A stretch of 63,940 nucleotides of DNA, filler included, from an uncultured Methanosarcinales archaeon (GTDB taxonomy: Archaea > Nanobdellota > Nanobdellia > Woesearchaeales > JAGLXL01), in the NCBI GenBank assembly GCA_964472345.1. It is 5 parts of 5 records of this genome, joined end to end, with 100 filler letters (N's around TTAATTAATTAA, not from the genome) between each part and the next. Parts side by side here need not be neighbours in the genome. Positions count along the whole stretch, not along the records: positions 55,300 to 63,940 come from CAYYLB010000055.1; 4 more parts are not named here. The stretch is one strand, 5' to 3'. Position 1 is the stretch's first letter. Every line of letters starts with the position of its first letter. Below are positions 58,712 to 63,940 of this stretch, one piece after another. The notes beneath the pieces were generated by a model. That model had not been told where the DNA came from and did no database searches. It was given only the letters and a program-made list of their open reading frames with translations. Both the position numbers and the translations under genes were made by a program.

Positions 58712-58780
58712 TTCATCCCTCCGTTTTAACCGGAACCAGACCGAACATAACTACCTTCATCAAAAAATCGCCCAACACCG

Positions 58781-59470
58781 TTACCCTCCCACCACCGCTC
58801 CAATAATCACTGCAGCAATCAGGATGAAGAAGAATGTGATCGCCGAAAGGATCATGGCCAGGACCAGCGGCACGGCGACCACCGCGGCGAACGCCCGCAG
58901 CGCGCTCAGCTTCTGGAAAAATGAGACGCCGGCGACCTGGAAATACAATGAGTGGGCCAGGTACGCGAAGAGGAGTATGGAGCCGAGGATCCAGTGTGGC
59001 AGTGGGACCGCCGTAACGATCTTGATGAGCGTATCAGCCTCGTCAAGAGCGGTGTAATTGATCGGGAACACAACGTCAAGCAGCAGCGAGAGGACTGCCG
59101 AGACAACATTGTACCAGGCAGCGATGAGCAGCGAGTACGCCATCGGCTTGAAGGTGTTGAAGAAGCCCTGCCTGCCGCGCACGGCAAGCACGCCAAGGTG
59201 CACGATTGCCGCGGCGATGAACGGCAGGACGAACGCGAGCACGATGCCGCCAAATATTCCTGCGAACGAGAACGCAATGGCTGCGATGACACCTCCGGAC
59301 GAGCGCAGGAGCGCCGGAAAGCCGAGCGCAGTGCTCACAAGGTTGGTGATGGCCAGCGCCGCCGCCACGTAGAGGAGCACGGGCCAGTACGTCTTTTCCT
59401 CCGCGACCGACGTGAAAAACGCCGATGGGCGGAAAAACAGCGTCGTGAACTTCTTCAGGTAATTGGCCAT
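58781..59470 (-). CDS. Yip1-family membrane protein
   Basis: LFFRPSAFF N-terminal motif and five TM segments. Confidence 0.8.
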   Translation of the reverse strand: MANYLKKFTTLFFRPSAFFTSVAEEKTYWPVLLYVAAALAITNLVSTALGFPALLRSSGGVIAAIAFSFAGIFGGIVLAFVLPFIAAAIVHLGVLAVRGRQGFFNTFKPMAYSLLIAAWYNVVSAVLSLLLDVVFPINYTALDEADTLIKIVTAVPLPHWILGSILLFAYLAHSLYFQVAGVSFFQKLSALRAFAAVVAVPLVLAMILSAITFFFILIAAVIIGAVVGG

Positions 59471-59527
59471 GCAGCCTTGCCGATGAACGGGAAAAGTATA
59501 TAAAGCTTCGCCTGGTGTCGCTCGGCC

Positions 59528-60790
59528 ATGGATCAGGCCGCAACCTATCACGTCAAAGACCTTTCATTGGCCGGACAGGGCGCCAGGAACATCGCCTGGG
59601 CCGAAGCCGAGATGAAAGCCCTGCTCACCGTCCGCGACCGCTTCGCGAGAGAAAAGCCGTTCAAAGGCCTGCGGATCGGGATTGCGCTGCACCCGACAAA
59701 AGAGACCGCCGTTCTGGTCCGCACGCTTATCGCCGGCGGCGCTGACGTTGCCTTGTGCGCCTGCAATCCATTATCAACACAGGATGACGTCGCCGCCGCG
59801 CTCGCCAAGGAAGGCGTGCGCGTCTTCGCGTGGAAAGGCCAGTCGCATGACGAGTACTATGCGAACCTGCAGAAGGTTATAGAGTTCAAGCCGCACATCA
59901 CCATCGACGACGGCTGCGATCTCGTCACGCTGATCCACCAGAAGCATCCGGAGCTGATTCAGGGTATCATCGGCGGCTGCGAGGAGACGACCACGGGCGT
60001 GCTCCGCCTGCGCGCCATGGAAAAGGACGGCGCATTGAACTATCCGATGGTTGCGGTCAACAGCCTCAGGACGAAGCATTTGTTCGACAACTATTATGGC
60101 ACGGGGCAGTCATCGATTGACGGCATCCTGCGCGCAACGAACATCCTTTTCTCGGGAAAGACGCTCGTCGTCTGCGGCTACGGTCCCTGCGGCAAGGGAG
60201 TCGCCTTGCGCGCGAAAGGCATGGGCGCTGAGGTCGTCGTGACGGAGGTCGATGCGCTGAAGGCGCTGCAGGCGAGGATGGACGGCTATCGCGTGCTGCC
60301 GCTTGCGGAGGCTGCTGCGCTCGGTGATATCTTTGTCACGGTTACGGGGAACAAGCATGTGATCCGCACCGGGCACATGAAGCTGATGAAAGACGGCGCG
60401 ATCCTCGCGAACGCCGGCCACTTTGACCTTGAGATTGACATTGCGGGGCTGCGGAGTCTTGCGGCGGCGGAAAAGCAGGTGCGGCCGTTCATGACCGAAT
60501 ACCTGCTTGGCGGAAAGCGCCTCTTCATCCTTGCGGACGGGCGCCTCGTGAACCTCGCCGCCGCGGAAGGCCACCCGAGCCTTGTCATGGCCATGTCGTT
60601 CTGCGGTCAGGCATTGTGCGTCGAATGGCTCGTCAGGGGCAAAGGCAGGCTCAAGCCGGGCGTCATCGACCCGCCCGCAAGCCTCGACCAGGACATCGCC
60701 CGCCTGCAGCTCGACGCCATGGGCATCAGCATCGACACGCTGACCGACGCGCAGAAGAGTTACTTGTCTGAGTGGAAGGAAGGGACGTGA
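59528..60790 (+). CDS. ahcY: Adenosylhomocysteinase
   Basis: CNPLSTQDD, DDGCDL, EETTTGV, KHLFDN.YGT, GHFD, GRLVNLAAAEGHP. Confidence 0.97.
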   Translation: MDQAATYHVKDLSLAGQGARNIAWAEAEMKALLTVRDRFAREKPFKGLRIGIALHPTKETAVLVRTLIAGGADVALCACNPLSTQDDVAAALAKEGVRVFAWKGQSHDEYYANLQKVIEFKPHITIDDGCDLVTLIHQKHPELIQGIIGGCEETTTGVLRLRAMEKDGALNYPMVAVNSLRTKHLFDNYYGTGQSSIDGILRATNILFSGKTLVVCGYGPCGKGVALRAKGMGAEVVVTEVDALKALQARMDGYRVLPLAEAAALGDIFVTVTGNKHVIRTGHMKLMKDGAILANAGHFDLEIDIAGLRSLAAAEKQVRPFMTEYLLGGKRLFILADGRLVNLAAAEGHPSLVMAMSFCGQALCVEWLVRGKGRLKPGVIDPPASLDQDIARLQLDAMGISIDTLTDAQKSYLSEWKEGT

Positions 60791-60869
60791 TGCTCGCGCT
60801 TGTGCTTATGGCCAATGCACAATAAGAAAACGCCGGACCCAAACGATCGTGAGATGATGTTCCATGCAG

Positions 60870-61835
60870 TCATCCGATGTTATCCAGCACCTCGTGCGCG
60901 TTCGCCGCGTTGAGGTACTTCCTTATCCTTTTCGCATCAGCCCCGAGCTTCGTGAAGAACTGCATCTTGAGCATCGCCGCTTCCTGGTTTGAGACCCGCG
61001 CCATCCGGTCCGTCCAGATAAGCCCATAGGGATAGCCGAGGAACACCGGGTCGCCGCTCTGCGCGGCAAGCGCCGGCAGCAGCTCGTCCTCGCTGCGCGC
61101 CTCAAAGCGGAACACATAGCCTGATGCGGCGTGCAGCTTCACGAGCGCGATCGTCCGGCCACTGAGCGTTGCGATCGGATAGGACCATGGCTGCGGCATT
61201 CCAAGCTCATGGACGACAGCGGCAGCCGCATTCCCTTGCGTGGTGAAAAGGGCAACCGTCTTGGCAAGCGCGGCGACCGTCGGAGGAAGCGCATCGATCC
61301 TCGCCTGCTCGCCGGTCACGCTTGCTTCCAGCGTGCCATCCACGACGACCTGCGCGTCCTTCGCGCTCCGCTTGGCAAGCTCCAGCTCTGCAAATCTCCG
61401 CGCAAGTGATGCGATCCGGCCGATCTCCGCGCGCTCCATCCCCGTGCGGATCGTCGCGTCCATCGAGTTGAATCGCAATGCGCCGAGCAGCGCCTCTCCG
61501 CGCGCCGGAAACAGCTGCGTCTCGTACGCCACCTCGCTTCCCGCCGCACGCGTCAGCACGTAAAACTCATGGCGCTGGCTCCCTCCACGCTTCGTGCCAT
61601 GGAACGTGCACGCTGCAACGCGGACGAAATGCAGCGCGACATTTGGCGCTTTCAGCAATTCCGCCTGTCCGCCGTCAACAAAAGTGATTGTCGTCTCACG
61701 TGCCGCTTGCGGGATCGGAGCAAACCGCCGCGTGTCAACGGGATACTCCCCTCCATTGAGAAGGATGCTTTCCTGCTGCCTGATAATCGTGCACGCGCTC
61801 ACGGCATGCGCAAGGGCGTCAAAGAGGGGCTGCAT
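60870..61835 (-). CDS. NurA-like nuclease
   Basis: FVDGG, RRFAEL, VVDGTL, LGYPYGL..D..ARV. Confidence 0.8.
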   Translation of the reverse strand: MQPLFDALAHAVSACTIIRQQESILLNGGEYPVDTRRFAPIPQAARETTITFVDGGQAELLKAPNVALHFVRVAACTFHGTKRGGSQRHEFYVLTRAAGSEVAYETQLFPARGEALLGALRFNSMDATIRTGMERAEIGRIASLARRFAELELAKRSAKDAQVVVDGTLEASVTGEQARIDALPPTVAALAKTVALFTTQGNAAAAVVHELGMPQPWSYPIATLSGRTIALVKLHAASGYVFRFEARSEDELLPALAAQSGDPVFLGYPYGLIWTDRMARVSNQEAAMLKMQFFTKLGADAKRIRKYLNAANAHEVLDNIG

Positions 61836-61869
61836 GCTGCAAAGGAGCTGCGGCAGGGATACAGTCGCC

Positions 61870-62160
61870 CTACTTCCTTCTCCCCCTCATCTCCTTCTTC
61901 AGCTTCTGCAGGTCGTTCTTCGTCGCGACGCCTGCAGCCGAAAGCGCCTTGCCCAGCTCGCGCCGCACCAGCCTCTCGAACAGCGCGGTGTGCTTCCTGC
62001 TCTCCCGCAGCAGCTCCTGTGCGAGCTTCTTCCCTTCCTTCTCGCTCAGCGAGCCGTTCTTCGACAGGTCGTTCGCCAGCTCAGCCGCTTTCTTCTTTGT
62101 CAGGCTCAGCAGCCCAAGCCCCATCAGGGTGCTTCGTTTCAGCCACGTGCTCATGTCCAT
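61870..62160 (-). CDS. Phasin-like protein
   Basis: LMGLG..SLTKKKA...GSLSEKEGK...VATKNDL; coupled to the UbiB gene. Confidence 0.8.
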   Translation of the reverse strand: MDMSTWLKRSTLMGLGLLSLTKKKAAELANDLSKNGSLSEKEGKKLAQELLRESRKHTALFERLVRRELGKALSAAGVATKNDLQKLKKEMRGRRK

Positions 62161-63830
62161 TGTTTTTCACCTCGTTTGTGGATTGCAAAGAGCGTGCGGC
62201 GGATCAGCCAGACGCCGAGCGCCAGTGAGCAGGAAAAGCCGAGGAGGGAGAGCGTGGGGATGCCGAGCGTCCGTGGCGCATCGATGACCTGCATGATCAG
62301 GGCTGAGCTGACGATGAGCGCGGCAGTCATCAGCCCGATCGCGATATTGCCTGCGCCATGCTCAAGCTCGACGCGCAGCTCCCTGAACTCCGTCGGGACG
62401 ATCTCCACGTCGAGCTTGCCCCGGCTGAGATGCTCAAGGGTTTCCTGCAGGTACAGCGGCGTCTTCTCCAGCAGCTGCTGGTAGGTGCGCACCTGCCGCC
62501 GCGCTCGCTTGAACACCACGGAAGGGGAGCGCTCGCGCAGAAGGATTTTCCTGATCAGGGGGGTGGTTTCCGCCATCAGCTTGAAGTCGGGGTTGTAGCG
62601 CAGGCCGATGCCTTCGAGGGTCAGCACGGTCTTCGCGAAGAGCACGAAGTCGACCGCAACGTCGAGCTGGTAGCGGCGCAGGATGCCGACCGCGTCGTGC
62701 AGCAGCTGGCCGACATTCAGGTCGCGGAGCTCGTCGGCGCGCACCTGCTCAATCATGTCATGCAGCTCCTGTTTCAGCCGTGGGATGTCGGTGCGCTCGC
62801 GCTTGCTCGTGATGCTGAGCAGCAGGTCGATAAAGCGCTCGGTGTCGTCCTCAAGCAGGGCGTCGAACATGTGCAGCAGTGTCTTGCGCAGCTCGTCGTC
62901 GATGCGCCCGACGATGCCGAAGTCGACGAATGCGATGCGATTGTCGTTTGTCACGAGGATGTTGCCCGGGTGCGGATCCGCGTGGAAGAAGCCGTGGACA
63001 AACACCATCTCGAGCATGGCTGTGTAGCCCTGGTCGATGATGGCGCGCACATGCTGCTTCTTGAGCCGCGGGATGTCATGCAGCGGTACCCCGTCGACAA
63101 AGCCCGTGGTGAGGACATGCATGCCCGTGAGCGTTTCGAACACCTCAGGGATCAGCACCTCGCGCGAGCGCTCGAAATTCTTGCGGGTAATCTTGAAGTT
63201 GACGGCCTCGTTATGGAAGTTGAGCTCGCGGAGCGTCCAGCGCTTGAACTCCTCGACAATGGATGTCACCGGGATCGTGAGGAGGTGGTGCTTGTCGATC
63301 CAGTGCGCAAGGACAAGCAGGATCTCGATGTCCTCGCGCACGGTTTTCTCGATGCCGGGGCGCTGGACTTTGACCGCAACCCATTCGCCGCTTTTCAGGC
63401 GCGCCTTGTGGACCTGGGCCAGCGAGGCGGATGCCAGCGGCTTGGGATCGAACGAGCGGAAGAGCTCGCCGGTTTCTTTCCCGAATTCCTCCCGGATGAT
63501 GCGTGTGATTTCGGACAGCGGGACAGTGGGAGCATGATCCTGCATCTTTTCCAGTTCGGCGATGTACGGCGGCGGCAGGAAATCGGGGCGCAGGCTGAGC
63601 GCTTGCCCGAACTTGATGAATGTAGGGCCAAGCCGCTCGAGCGCCATGCGGAAATGGATTTCCGGTTTCCAGGCCTTTTCCCGCGCGAGCAGTGCCGCCT
63701 GCAGCCGCTTGGAGAACGGGACATAGTGATGGAGGTGCGCCCTGGTGATGAGGTAGTCGAAGCCCTCCTCAAAGAACACGGTGAGGATGTGCTGCAGCCG
63801 GTTGAGATAGTGCAGATTGTGGAAAAGCAT
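62151..63830 (-). CDS. UbiB/AarF/ABC1 atypical kinase
   Basis: LGPTFIKFGQ, ASASLAQVH, VAVKVQRP, FFHADPHPGN, DFGIVG. Confidence 0.93.
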   Translation of the reverse strand: MLFHNLHYLNRLQHILTVFFEEGFDYLITRAHLHHYVPFSKRLQAALLAREKAWKPEIHFRMALERLGPTFIKFGQALSLRPDFLPPPYIAELEKMQDHAPTVPLSEITRIIREEFGKETGELFRSFDPKPLASASLAQVHKARLKSGEWVAVKVQRPGIEKTVREDIEILLVLAHWIDKHHLLTIPVTSIVEEFKRWTLRELNFHNEAVNFKITRKNFERSREVLIPEVFETLTGMHVLTTGFVDGVPLHDIPRLKKQHVRAIIDQGYTAMLEMVFVHGFFHADPHPGNILVTNDNRIAFVDFGIVGRIDDELRKTLLHMFDALLEDDTERFIDLLLSITSKRERTDIPRLKQELHDMIEQVRADELRDLNVGQLLHDAVGILRRYQLDVAVDFVLFAKTVLTLEGIGLRYNPDFKLMAETTPLIRKILLRERSPSVVFKRARRQVRTYQQLLEKTPLYLQETLEHLSRGKLDVEIVPTEFRELRVELEHGAGNIAIGLMTAALIVSSALIMQVIDAPRTLGIPTLSLLGFSCSLALGVWLIRRTLFAIHKRGEKQWT

Positions 63831-63940
63831 GGTGCCTCTTTTTCGCTGTTTGAATCCTTTGAGGTTTAAGAAGGTTTCGTCCACAAGGTATGGCTTGGTT
63901 CCGCCGGTTTAATCAGTTCCGTAGGGTGGCCTTCGATGCG

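Noticed and set aside
58738..58760. GAACATAAC resembling the dif-like half-site
   Set aside because: No matching right arm; probably part of the promoter of the minus-strand gene.

Overview
Five contigs of an archaeal metagenome bin are joined by artificial 100-nt N/TTAATTAATTAA linkers (14047-14146, 28076-28175, 41646-41745, 55200-55299), so synteny across the linkers is meaningless. The archaeal-type 23S rRNA, aIF5B, Elp3, Tyw3, intron-containing tRNA and mostly leaderless TATA promoters point to a GC-rich archaeon, probably DPANN (Woesearchaeota-like); this is an inference. The backbone holds translation and tRNA-modification genes, Ca2+ transporters, a type IV pilus-type ATPase/platform pair and large surface proteins. 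AT-rich accessory patches are scattered through it: an IS, three toxin-antitoxin loci, BrxL, peptidase E and YjjX. The most unusual signals are: (1) a PD-(D/E)xK-like gene that sits inside the 5' end of elp3 and appears to supply a replacement N-terminus; (2) two unrelated twin-hairpin insertions of about 100 nt just after gene starts; (3) single AT-rich genes bracketed by their own inverted repeats; (4) a probable 36-nt bulge-helix-bulge (BHB) intron in 23S helix 91 and a two-intron tRNA-Phe; (5) hairpin/MITE-like repeats and dif-like sites around single-gene modules; (6) a giant surface protein ending in an AT-hook-like tail. All family assignments come from motif recognition by eye; no searches were run.
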